A stretch of DNA of 64,000 nucleotides from Candidatus Aldehydirespirator sp. (GTDB taxonomy: Bacteria; Actinomycetota; Acidimicrobiia; Acidimicrobiales; Aldehydirespiratoraceae). The stretch covers positions 2,399,595-2,463,594 of the forward strand of contig CBDHCM010000006.1 in assembly GCA_965261105.1 (NCBI GenBank). Reading direction: 5' to 3'. This document shows, in pieces, positions 52,747 to 61,564 of the stretch (the first letter of the stretch is position 1; each line of letters opens with the position of its first letter). Made by a program: the position numbers and the translations under genes. Under the pieces are notes generated by a model. The model saw only the letters and a list, made by a program, of their open reading frames with translations, was not told the origin of the DNA and searched no databases.

Positions 52747-53050
52747 CATCTTCGAACTGCGCCTTCCCCGAGGCGTAGGCCACGAACAGCAGGGGCGCCG
52801 CTTCGGGGTGGTAGTGCAGTCCGACGCGCTGCTGCCGCGCTCGGTGGTGCTGGTGGCGCCGACCTCGACCAGCGCTCGGCCCGCCTCGTTCCGGCCCATC
52901 ATCGAGTTCGACGGGCAGCAGACGACGGTGCTCGTCGAACAGGTGGGCGCGGTGGACGTCACCCGCCTCGGCGACATGGTCGGCCATCTCCGCCCCGAAG
53001 AGCAGTGGGGCATCGACACCGCGCTGAGCACGATCTTCGACCTGCGCTAA
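52733..53050 (+). CDS. mazF: MazF/PemK-family endoribonuclease toxin
   Basis: RRGDIFELRLP...GRRFGVVVQSDALL..SVVLVAPTSTS...VLVEQVGAVDVTRL matches the PemK fold pattern. Confidence 0.75.
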   Translation: MRRGDIFELRLPRGVGHEQQGRRFGVVVQSDALLPRSVVLVAPTSTSARPASFRPIIEFDGQQTTVLVEQVGAVDVTRLGDMVGHLRPEEQWGIDTALSTIFDLR

Positions 53051-53120
53051 GAGGCAAGCCGCCGCCTGCCTGGCGAGGTTCTCCGCGCGTGCATGCAAAG
53101 CAGCGCTTTAGCGCTACATT

Positions 53121-53360
53121 GTGGGAGTGGCCACCATCCAGATACGAGACATCTCCGAGGACGCCTACGAGGTCATCCGGCGCCGAGCCCGCGCTGCCGG
53201 CCAGTCGATCCAGGCGTACATGAAGAAACAGGTCGAGCGACTGGCGAGCGAACCCGACGACGAAGAGCTCTTCTCGGATCTTGAGCGCTTCGTCGAAGCC
53301 CACGGGATCAGGCTCGACGCAGAGGCCCTGCTGGCCGACCTCGACGCCGGACGCCGGTGA
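53121..53360 (+). CDS. vapB: VapB/FitA-like RHH antitoxin
   Basis: VATIQIRDISEDAYEVIRRRARAAGQSIQAYMKKQV. TACATT-N6-GTG 53127 suggests a leaderless start 2 codons inside the track ORF. Confidence 0.7.
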   Translation: MGVATIQIRDISEDAYEVIRRRARAAGQSIQAYMKKQVERLASEPDDEELFSDLERFVEAHGIRLDAEALLADLDAGRR

Positions 53361-53773
53361 ACGGCGGAACCGTCGTAGTCGACGCGTCGACGCTCGTCGC
53401 CGCCGTCACATCCGCCGACTCCCTCGGAGACCGGGCAAGGGCGATGCTGGAGGGTCACCGCCGGGCTGCGCCGCACCTGATCGACGCCGAGGTTGGTAAC
53501 GCCCTGCGCTCCATGGTGCTTCGCGGCGGCCTCGACCATGGAGTCGGAGCGTCAGCGCGGCTGATGGCGGAGCGCCTTGTCCATCGCCGCCACCCGGTCC
53601 AGGGGGCGGTGGCGGCGCGAGCCTGGCAACTGCGCCACAACCTCAGCTTCTACGACGCCGTGTACGTCGCTCTCGCCGAGAGCCTCGACTGCCGGCTGAT
53701 CACAGCGGACATCCGGCTCGCGCGCGCCCTGGAGGACCACGATCTGATCACCACCATCACCCCAGGCGGCTAG
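53357..53773 (+). CDS. vapC: PIN-domain ribonuclease toxin
   Basis: VVVDASTLVAAV (first acidic residue), AEVGNAL, SFYDAVYVALAE, LITADIRL. GTG overlaps the vapB stop (GTGA). Confidence 0.8.
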   Translation: MNGGTVVVDASTLVAAVTSADSLGDRARAMLEGHRRAAPHLIDAEVGNALRSMVLRGGLDHGVGASARLMAERLVHRRHPVQGAVAARAWQLRHNLSFYDAVYVALAESLDCRLITADIRLARALEDHDLITTITPGG

Positions 53774-54503
53774 CGCTCGGTTCGGGATCAAGGCGCTCGC
53801 CGCAGTGCAGCACATTTGGGGAGGGCTCGCGGGGCGCGACACGCCGGGTTGAGCGGCGCGATGCCTGACATGCCGGCGAGGGGCAATAGTGCTCTCGAGT
53901 TCCGTCGAAGGCAATTGACGCGAGCCAGCATCTAGTCCAGATGGGGAGATCCATCGTGATGCCCTCGCCAAACACCTTGATCGTCGGCGGCTCGGGCACA
54001 TCCCCGGGGCGCACCAGCTCCCGCACAACGACCTCCGATGGAACCGCGCCGTAGTCCTCCGCAGTGGAACTACCAGAGCTAGAGCCCGCCGCCAGGAGGG
54101 CAATGACCACCAGCACCGCATAGGCGGCACACCAGATGACGAAACCGACGGTGAACATGCCGTACGCGTCAGCACGGCGGCGCACCAACGCCACCGTGAC
54201 CAGAACCAGGCCGGCCGCCGCAGCCATGGGCGGAACGAAGAACGTCAGGAGAAATGCGCAGATCGAGCCGACAAGCAGCCACGGCGCCCCGCGCGGAACC
54301 GACCGCCAACGGTCGGTTCCCCGGGTGCGCCTACGGTCGACCTCCCCGAAACCCTCTGATCGTAACCCCCTGAGCCTTGCTGCCACGGAACCATTGCGCA
54401 GTCCCACGAGCCCGCCTCGACGACCCCGGCCCGCAAAAGACTTCAGCAGGATCGAAGCACTAGAGCATTTGGTAAGCGCAAACGACGATTCAGTCCGGTG
54501 CAT
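53757..54503 (-). CDS. hypothetical membrane protein (2 TM), weakly supported
   Basis: Longest ORF in the gap with two clear hydrophobic helices. Arg-rich N-terminus and odd C-terminus; the true start may be internal. Confidence 0.3.
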   Translation of the reverse strand: MHRTESSFALTKCSSASILLKSFAGRGRRGGLVGLRNGSVAARLRGLRSEGFGEVDRRRTRGTDRWRSVPRGAPWLLVGSICAFLLTFFVPPMAAAAGLVLVTVALVRRRADAYGMFTVGFVIWCAAYAVLVVIALLAAGSSSGSSTAEDYGAVPSEVVVRELVRPGDVPEPPTIKVFGEGITMDLPIWTRCWLASIAFDGTREHYCPSPACQASRRSTRRVAPREPSPNVLHCGERLDPEPSASRLG

Positions 54504-54525
54504 ACGATTCTGCTAACATTCTTGC

Positions 54526-54720
54526 ATGCAGAGTACGAGTGTCCGAATAGACGGCTCCACCCATCGGGAACTCAAGAAGCTCGCGGCTGCGTTGGGAGCC
54601 ACCGTGGGTGACACCGTCGCGCTCGCGGTGCGACGCCTACGCCAGGACCAGATTGGCGCCGACCTGCGGACCGAGCTCGGCGAAGCCGACACGGCATGGC
54701 TCGATGCTGACCTCGGGTGA
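54526..54720 (+). CDS. RHH-type antitoxin (MazE-like)
   Basis: STSVRIDGSTHRELKKLAAALGATVGDTVALAVRRL. TAACAT-N6-ATG suggests a leaderless mRNA. Confidence 0.65.
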   Translation: MQSTSVRIDGSTHRELKKLAAALGATVGDTVALAVRRLRQDQIGADLRTELGEADTAWLDADLG

Positions 54721-55048
54721 CGTAGCAGTAATCGACCTGGGCACGCCGAAGGGACGCGAGGCCGGCTACCTCCATCCGGCTGTGGTCGTGACCGCTCAGC
54801 GAGTGATCGACGGCGGTGCCGCGGTCGTGCAGGTGGTGCCGCTCACATCACAAGTACGCGGCTTCGCGTCGGAGATCGAGATCGACGCCGATCCCTCCAA
54901 CGGCCTCGACCGCCACTCCGCGGCCCAGTGCCAGCACGTCCGAGCTGTGGCCACCAGCCGCATGGAGGACCGCCTCGGCAACGTCGGCGCGGCCACCCTC
55001 GCACAGATCCGAGAAGTTCTGGGCCTGATCCTCGACATCCCCGGCTGA
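54704..55048 (+). CDS. mazF: MazF/PemK-family endoribonuclease toxin (second copy)
   Basis: SGDVAVIDLG.PKGREAGYLHPAVVVTAQ...VVQVVPLTSQVR...AAQCQHVRAVATSRM. Overlaps the antitoxin by 17 nt. Confidence 0.75.
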   Translation: MLTSGDVAVIDLGTPKGREAGYLHPAVVVTAQRVIDGGAAVVQVVPLTSQVRGFASEIEIDADPSNGLDRHSAAQCQHVRAVATSRMEDRLGNVGAATLAQIREVLGLILDIPG

Positions 55049-55410
55049 TCGAAGCCGCCAACGACCGCACGCCGGGCAGCGCGGCCGGCGACGAGATCAC
55101 CTTCCTCGCCCTCACCGGCCTGCTGCTGGGGCTCTACCCGCGGGACGCCCTGGTCGACGACATCGGCCGGCCCGATCAGAAGGGCACGCCGCAGCCTGCG
55201 CTACACGGATTCACCATCGCCCACAACGTGGCGACACGCGCCGAAGTAGATTCCGTGCTCCGGCAGGCCGCGACGGCCGGGGCCCGCATCGTCAAGCCCG
55301 CCGCCGAAGCATTCTGGGGCGGCTACTCCGGGTACTTCGCCGATCCCGACGGCTTCCTGTGGGAGGTTGCGACCGGCTCCGGCCTGCCCATAGAACCGGG
55401 CTCGGACTAG
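55049..55410 (+). pseudogene. VOC/glyoxalase-family protein lacking its N-terminal ~35 residues
   Basis: GDEITFLALTGLLLGLYPRDAL...FTIAHNV.TRAEVDSV...AGARIVKPAAEAFWGGYSGYFADPDGFLWEVA. The first beta-alpha module and any usable start codon are missing. Begins at the mazF stop. Confidence 0.65.
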
Positions 55411-55564
55411 CTGGGGCGGTAACGGAGCGGGGAGCCCGCTATGGCGGTTCAGAGCATCTACGCCATGAACATCCACAACCGGGTTGCGCGTAGCTTCTCG
55501 GCCCCCTGACAGGCTCCAAGAGGGGCTCGGTACGAATGTCACGCTTCTCGTGAACGCGACGCGC

Positions 55565-56491
55565 TTAATGGTCAACGCCTGTGGGCAGTTTCTTGAAGCA
55601 GGGCTTGCAAACTGGATTCTGGGCAGTGACACGTGTATCGGCACCGCAATTGTGGCAGAACTTTTCCTCATACTCCGGGTTCTTGTACTTACTCCAACTC
55701 TTGTAACACTTGCCGCAATGAGGTCTCTTAGGGTTCTGCGCAATGGCTGTGTTGCATCTAACACAGTGTCCCGTGCTCCGGCGTGGTTTCTGCGTCTTGG
55801 GTTGCTCCCTGTTGACGTTGCGCGCCCAAATGCTCTCGACCTCGTCGCGTATTTGCTCAAAAAGAGACTCGGTATCGTCACGGTCCACAAGTATGCCCAT
55901 CTCCGTGTTGTGGACCTGAGAGTACTCATATAAGTTCATCGATGTCAGTAGTGCGGTGCGCTCATTGAGATAGCACTTGGCGTGCAGGTTCTTGCAGAAC
56001 GCCCTACGCACTCTGGGGACGGAGGCGATCCACGCCTGCTCCTTGGGGTCTATTTCCTTCTTCCCGTAGACGATACGAATATCGAGTCCCTCACGGCTGC
56101 GCGCCTCGATCACATCTCTAATGCGATCATTGGTCTTCAGATAAGGGCTCATGAGCAAGACATACGTTTCGGCTCGCTTGATGATCTCCTCAAGATGGTG
56201 TGACACCCCTGTGGTGGTGAGGAATTTGGGGATCCGAGGTTCTCTCACCTGTGAGCTGACTTGCTCCTCGTGCCTCTGGTCAGCTGGTGAACGCCAGACC
56301 GCACTCGCTGAGGCACCAGATGTGGAGGCAGTCTCCGACAGCACGACCGGGTCGATCATCCTCTTTCCATCAGCGGTACTTGCCCAATGCGTCCATTCGC
56401 CGGTACGGAGCTGCCACCGCAGCTTGTGGCGGCCGGTCGGATCGGGCCGCCAGTCTCCATCTGCGGGTGCGCGTTGCCCGCTGCCGTTCAT
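55565..56491 (-). CDS. PLD-superfamily (single HKD, Nuc-like) nuclease with DUF2510-like N-terminus and two C-terminal CxxC zinc ribbons
   Basis: DWRPDPTGRHKLRWQLRTGEWTHW; NLHAKCYLNERTALLTSMNL (HxK...N/E...SxN); CVRC..CGKC and CHNC..CKPC. About 50% GC in hand-counted lines. GAAGGAG Shine-Dalgarno. Confidence 0.7.
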   Translation of the reverse strand: MNGSGQRAPADGDWRPDPTGRHKLRWQLRTGEWTHWASTADGKRMIDPVVLSETASTSGASASAVWRSPADQRHEEQVSSQVREPRIPKFLTTTGVSHHLEEIIKRAETYVLLMSPYLKTNDRIRDVIEARSREGLDIRIVYGKKEIDPKEQAWIASVPRVRRAFCKNLHAKCYLNERTALLTSMNLYEYSQVHNTEMGILVDRDDTESLFEQIRDEVESIWARNVNREQPKTQKPRRSTGHCVRCNTAIAQNPKRPHCGKCYKSWSKYKNPEYEEKFCHNCGADTRVTAQNPVCKPCFKKLPTGVDH

Positions 56492-56574
56492 GGCGTCGCT
56501 CCTTCTCTGAGCACCGCAGGAGCCAGCTGCGGGCGCACTTTCTCTACGTTTGGCACAGTCGGTGGTTGCTTGTC

Positions 56575-56601
56575 GGGGGGAGGGGTGGGGGTTGGGGTGG
56601 G
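56575..56601 (+). other. G-quadruplex-forming motif G6-A-G4-T-G5-TT-G4-T-G3
   Basis: Five G-runs with 1-2-nt loops, read directly. The last runs overlap the tRNA-Val 3' acceptor end on the opposite strand. Confidence 0.6.
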
Positions 56602-56672
56602 CCGTAGGGGATTTGAACCTCTGACCTCCTGCGTGTCGAGCAGGCGCTCTAACCAGGCTGAGCTAACGGCCC
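56598..56672 (-). tRNA. tRNA-Val (anticodon GAC)
   Basis: Hand-folded: acceptor GGGCCGT/ACGGCCC, D arm GCTC..GAGC, anticodon stem CCTGC/GCAGG with loop TCGACAC, T loop TTCAAAT. One A-C mismatch in the T stem. 75 nt. Confidence 0.85.
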
Positions 56673-56695
56673 CGAGCCACGCAGGGTAGCAGCCG

Positions 56696-57454
56696 TCACT
56701 CGCCGCGGAACTCGGGCGTGCGACGTTGCGCCATGGCCCGGCTGCCCTCGGCGAAGTCGGCTGTCTTCTGGAGGCGGGACTGCTCCCGGTGCTCGTGGGC
56801 CACGGCCGCCTCCACCTGGTCGGCCAGATCCCCTCGCAGCGTGGTGCGGATGGATCGCACCGCCAACGGCGCCGACATCGCGATCTCGCGAGCCGTGCCG
56901 TGCGCCGCCTCCCGGATCTTGTCGCGAGCCACGAGGCTGTCAGCCAAACCCAGACTCACGGCCTCCTCGCCCGGAACCCGCCGCCCCGTGAACAGCAGGT
57001 CGGCCGCCGCCTGGGGGCCCACCAGCCGGGGCAGGGTCACGGTCAGGCCGAAGCCCTGGTGGAACCCGAGACGGGCGAAGTTGGCGCTGAAACGGGCCTC
57101 GGGCGCAGCCATCCGAAAGTCGGCGGCCAGCGCGAGGCCCAGCCCTCCGCCCACCGCCGCGCCGTGCACCGCAGCCACCACAGGCGTGTGGGTGCGGAAG
57201 ATCCGGACTGCGGCCGCGTACAGATCCTCGGTGGTGTAGCCGACGCCGTCGCCCGAGAAGTCGGCGCCCGCGCAGAAGTGCCTGCCCTGCGCGCACAGCA
57301 CCGCAGCCCGGCACCGGTGGTCGCCGTCCAGCGACTCCAGGGCGTCGGCGATGCCGGCGACCATCTCCAACGAGAAGAAGTTGTTGGGCGGGCGACGCAG
57401 CTCCATTCTGGCCACGTAGTCGTCGCCGATCTCGACCGCCACAGAGTCGGTCAT
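56696..57454 (-). CDS. enoyl-CoA hydratase/isomerase (crotonase) family protein
   Basis: RRPPNNFF, GRHFCAGADF, AAVHGAAVGGGLGLALAADFR. Start at MTDSVAVE; the rest of the 468-aa track ORF is spurious. Confidence 0.85.
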   Translation of the reverse strand: MTDSVAVEIGDDYVARMELRRPPNNFFSLEMVAGIADALESLDGDHRCRAAVLCAQGRHFCAGADFSGDGVGYTTEDLYAAAVRIFRTHTPVVAAVHGAAVGGGLGLALAADFRMAAPEARFSANFARLGFHQGFGLTVTLPRLVGPQAAADLLFTGRRVPGEEAVSLGLADSLVARDKIREAAHGTAREIAMSAPLAVRSIRTTLRGDLADQVEAAVAHEHREQSRLQKTADFAEGSRAMAQRRTPEFRGE

Positions 57455-57581
57455 CTCACAACCACCCTCCCGGGACCGCGGCTGATGCTCGCAAACTTGG
57501 AATCGGCTTCGCCAATTCCTCTGACTCCAGCAAACAGGGCACGCCGACCGAGGGTACTTCCCCATCACGTTGCAGGCGCGC

Positions 57582-57614
57582 CGATAATCTATTATCGCCG
57601 ATAATCGATGATTG
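57582..57614. promoter_or_regulatory. candidate ArsR operator: CGATAAT-CT-ATTATCG palindrome plus a second CGATAAT half-site overlapping the arsR-family ATG
   Basis: 16-bp palindrome at 57582-57597. CGATAATCGATGATTG at 57599-57614 includes ATG 57608. Confidence 0.45.
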
Positions 57615-57952
57615 CTGCGGCAGTGAACTCGATCCGACCGGCACTCTCCTCGGGGGCTGCTGACGAATGCGCGGGCTGGTTCCGATGCCTGGCCGACGGG
57701 ACACGGCTGCTCGTGCTCAACACTGTGGCGACTGCGGGGCGGGCCATGACGGTCGGAGAGATAGTCGACCGTGTGGGCATAGGCCAATCGACGGTGTCTC
57801 ACCACCTTCGCAGGCTGGCCGCGGCGCGGTTCGTCCACATGCGAGCCGACGGAACACGGACGCTGGTCACCGTCAATCCCGGATGTGTCGTCATCCAATG
57901 CTCGCGTGCCCAAGCCTCTATGAGAGCCGACCGCGCAAATCGGCAACAATGA
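57608..57952 (+). CDS. ArsR/SmtB-family transcriptional regulator
   Basis: FRCLADGTRLLVLNTV.....MTVGEIVDRVGIGQSTVSHHLRRLAAARFV (winged HTH). Confidence 0.8.
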   Translation: MIAAAVNSIRPALSSGAADECAGWFRCLADGTRLLVLNTVATAGRAMTVGEIVDRVGIGQSTVSHHLRRLAAARFVHMRADGTRTLVTVNPGCVVIQCSRAQASMRADRANRQQ

Positions 57953-58020
57953 ATCGATCCGGCCCGGACTGGGCTGCCTCACGTTCTGGTGCGGAATCTC
58001 TCGGCGCTGAGATGATCTAT

Positions 58021-59508
58021 CTACTTCGGATAGCGATGCGGGGGTCGATGACCCGGCGACAGGCGGCATCTCTTTCTTGATCGCTCGCCAATGTGGGTGC
58101 AACGCTTTTTCGTGACAGGGCGATTAGCGCCCGTCTCTGACGTTGTTCGGAATGAGAGTCCAGTGTCGTTGCCCGGCGTGAGCTTGGCGTATTTGGAGGG
58201 GCTGTGCATGTGCTTGATGAACTGGCAGTGATCTGCTCGCCGCTTGATCTCTTTGTGGAGCCGGGCCACGAACGGCGACGAACGCGCCCACGGCGGCGTC
58301 TCATCAATTGCTTGTTCCACCGCCGAGAACACACGTTGGGCCAATTCCTCCGCACGGTTCAAGGTCTCCTCCTGGGGAAGGCCTAGGGCTTGTGATGTGC
58401 GCTCCCACGCGGGTCGGTAGTCGGCCTTGTGGATCGTGTAGTCCCGCCCCCCGCCCCTCATGGCGAGAGTGAGATCGCGCACGGGGGTGATCTTGTCGGG
58501 CTTTATCAAGTCCCGGTAGGGCAGAACCGAACACACGTCATAGAGGGGAGCCAAGCGCATCTCGTTTCTGTTCAGCAGCAGGCCGTAGTTCTTGGCGTGG
58601 GCATCAGGGCCGGCGATGAGCCAGTTGTAGATCAGGGCATCCCTGAACAGCCTGACATCGATTTCCGGGTAGGACGAATTGGCCCACAACAATCCGGCGA
58701 CCCCCCTCACATCGGGGCCTTTCTGATTCTGGTACTTGCGGGTTGCTGGCACGCCGAGCGCCTGGCAAAGGTCTTCTTGGTGGACGCGCCGCTACTCTCC
58801 CGTCTGCGTCATGAGCCGGTCATAGCGGGTGACAAGCAGGGCTTGCTGGCCACGCACCTTGACACATTGAGTCTTTGCGGCGTCGATGCCCAACAGCACG
58901 GCAGCCCGTTGGCTGATGTCCTCGATGATTTCGTTGTCGGACAACTGCCCGATACCGGGTTTGAGGATGTGAGTTGTGGGCGAGTCGCCATACGGCAACC
59001 ACCATCGGCCCTGGTCATATCGCAGGGCAGTCTTGGCTTGTGCTCCCGCGAGACTGAAAGCAGAGTCCGCTGTGCCTTGCGACCAAGCGGCTTCGTCCTT
59101 TCGCAACGTGTCGATCATCCCGGCGACCCGGCGCTGGCTGAGTGCACGCAGTCCACCACCCCGCGCCAGCATTGTGCCCGTTTCTCCTTCTGGGCAGAAC
59201 CGCACAGCACCGGCGCAGTCCCGCCCCACAGGAGAGGCGAGCAGGTCTATCGCTCGGGTGGTCGGCGTCTGATGGTCGGTCTGCCAGCGCTCCCTCACCA
59301 AGTGGTTGTCCGACAGCAGCCCGTCGAGCCAGACGCCGATTTCGTGCCTGCCTGGCTGTAGCGGCACCGACACTGACAGCGGCGTGGCATCCGGCAACGC
59401 CAAGTACCCCGAGTCGTACTCGAAGCCCACTCTCAACGATGCCGCCGAACCGTCTGCGGTGGCCACCCCCGCGAAACGACCCGACATCACGACGCTAAGA
59501 GCCGTCAT
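58021..59508 (-). pseudogene. hipA: HipA-family serine/threonine kinase toxin interrupted by one in-frame TAG (58792-58794)
   Basis: The N-terminal ORF (SLAGAQAKTAL, LVTRYDR) and the C-terminal ORF (LIAGPDAHAKNYGLL) are in the same frame. The joining codons read GE-TAG-RRVHQEDLCQALGVPATRKYQ. Confidence 0.75.
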
Positions 59509-59791
59509 GGGGCGGCCTGTTCTGTGCGAGGTGGCTGGACAGGCTGAACTGCTCTGGGTCTGCGGGAACGACCGTCAACGAACAGTCCAACGCGCGCAGC
59601 AGCCGCATCACCGTGGCCATGCCGGGGTTGGCGAGGCCGGACTCTATGGTCGAGATTTGTGGCCGTGAGACACCCGCAGCGGCACTCAACTCCGCTTGGG
59701 TCAGGCCCCGCGCGCGCCTCGCCGCGCGAATCGCTTGGCCCAGCCTCCCACAAGAGGTGATTCCAGCGATAGCGTTGAGTTCCGGTTGCAT
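59495..59791 (-). CDS. hipB: HipB-like XRE-family HTH antitoxin
   Basis: LGQAIRAARRARGLTQAELSAAAGVSRPQISTIESG. Overlaps the hipA start by 14 nt; start taken at MQPELN. Confidence 0.75.
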   Translation of the reverse strand: MQPELNAIAGITSCGRLGQAIRAARRARGLTQAELSAAAGVSRPQISTIESGLANPGMATVMRLLRALDCSLTVVPADPEQFSLSSHLAQNRPPHDGS

Positions 59792-59809
59792 GGCTCGCCC
59801 TTGTGTCAC

Positions 59810-59852
59810 AGATAGCCGACATTTGCCATGTATTGCACATTGTAGCCTATCT
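59810..59852. promoter_or_regulatory. candidate HipB operator: inverted repeat AGATAGCCGAC-N21-GTAGCCTATCT
   Basis: 9 of 11 positions complementary, 19-61 nt upstream of the hipB ATG, in an AT-richer patch. Confidence 0.35.
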
Positions 59853-60023
59853 AGAACATGGGGCAACGGGTCTTATCCTCGAATCCATAGGGGATGCCAC
59901 CCGACCAGCAGCTTCTCGAGCCTTCGCGGAAACGTGGGGAGCGGGGTGGTTGAGGGTCCCTGAGTAGGGGTCGGGGCCCTGCTGGAATCGGTGATTGAGA
60001 GATCACGATCCAGGAGGGCCCCG

Positions 60024-61221
60024 ATGGCTCGCGATGTTATGGCAGTTCGGCTGCACTTGCCGCAGATCCGTGTGTTGGAGGTGGTCGAGGACACCCCGGG
60101 CGCGCTCAGGGTGAGCGTCGAGTCGACGTTCAGGAGGCTGCGCTGCACGCAGTGCGGGTTCCGCTGCCACAGGGTGCATGACCGCCGCGACAAGAAGATC
60201 CGCGACCTGGAGGTGTCGGGGCGGCGCACCCTGTTGGTGTGGTCGCGGCGCAGGATGGTGTGCGACAACTGCGACAGCCGCTTCTTGGAGGACCATCCCG
60301 CGTTGGAGGGCGCGCTGACGGGGCGTCTGGCGCGTCGGGTGGTCGCTGACGCGAAGGTGATGACGTTCAGCGCGGCGGCGCGCCGCCGCGGTGTGCACTG
60401 GCACGCGGTGCGCGCGGTGGTGGACGTCTGGTCGGCTCTGGTCGCTGAGCGGCGCCGCAGCCGCCGCTGCTCGGTGCTGTTGGTCGATGAGACCTCGATG
60501 CGCAAACGGCACCGCTATGTGACCGTGATCGTCAACGGCGACACCGGCCGGACCCTGGCGATGGTCGAGCACCGCAGCTCCGCTGCGCTGTCAGCGTTTT
60601 TGATGCAGCAGGGACATCGCTGGTGCAAGCAGGTCAAGGTGGTGGTCAGCGACGGATCGCGCGCCTACAAGGCGGCCATCGACGCCCACCTCGGCCACGC
60701 CCGCCATGTGCTGGACCGGTTCCATGTCATCAGATGGTTCGCGGCCGCTCTCACCCAGGTGCGCCGCGACGTGCAGCGCCGAGAGCCCCACGGCGTCAAG
60801 CCCGCCTTCGACCCCGAGGTGTTCCGGGCCCGGTTCGCGCTGCTGCGCAGAGGCGACACCCTCACCGACACCGACCGCGCCCGCCTCGATGAGCTGTTCG
60901 ACGCCCACCCCCGCCTCAAAGCCGGCCGCCAGGCACTGCAGGAGCTCCACGGCCTCTACACCGCCGACGACTATGACGGCGCCCTGGAAGCCCTCGGACG
61001 GTTCTACAGACCTCTACGAGACCGGCGAGCTGCCCGAGTACCACGACACCGTCGACACGTTCATCGCATGGTCAGACGAGATCCTCAACTGGCACCACAC
61101 CGGCCGCCCCTCCAACGGCAGAATCGAGGGCACCAACAACCTGCTCCAAGTGCTGCGCCGCACCGCCCACGGATTCACCAACCCACGCAACTTCGAAGCC
61201 CGCGGCATCCTCGTGACATAA
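60024..61221 (+). pseudogene. ISL3-family transposase with a +1 frameshift near 61008
   Basis: LRCTQCGFRCHRVHD, LLVDETSMRKRHRYVTVIV, VVSDGSRAYKAAI, DRFHVIRW. After ...ALGRFY the sequence continues in another frame as DLYETGELPEYHDTVDTFIAWSDEILNWH...RIEGTNN. IS ends not defined. Confidence 0.8.
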
Positions 61222-61564
61222 TGACCCAACCGGTGCCGGCAACCCTCAATCCCACGAATACGCGAAGGGCCGCAAATTGTCGTGTGTTGCCCGCCTTCGC
61301 GCATTCTGGTGGTCTGGAATGCCCGGCCTCCTAGGGAATCCGACTCGACACAAGCAGCGAAGGAACGTCGCCGTTGCGCTCGGCAAGCCCTCAACCGTGA
61401 AGTCGCCTCGTTTGGAGATGCACCCCTAGCAGCGGGAAAGCGAAAACGACCGTTCAGATGGCGGTGCTGTTGGTTGAAGTCGTTGACCTTACCGGGAAGG
61501 ACGCTTCTCCCCCGATAGAATCGAAGCGCTCACAACCACATCGCAAGACTTCGGAGGTTTTCCC

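Noticed and set aside
22198-56672. Treating everything between the two tRNA-Val genes as one genomic island
   Set aside because: The interval contains core genes of host-like composition (murF, ddl, aconitase, gltA). Only sub-regions look accessory, and no integrase or tRNA-derived direct repeat was found.
58792-58794. In-frame TAG in hipA as a recoded (pyrrolysine or programmed read-through) codon
   Set aside because: No pyl genes or recoding signals are seen, and it would be taxonomically unexpected. A nonsense mutation is the simpler explanation.
59947-61255. Terminal inverted repeats of the ISL3 element
   Set aside because: Only TTGAGGGT plus a few flanking bases are shared in inverted orientation, and no matching 8-bp target duplication was found. 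This is insufficient to call the ends.
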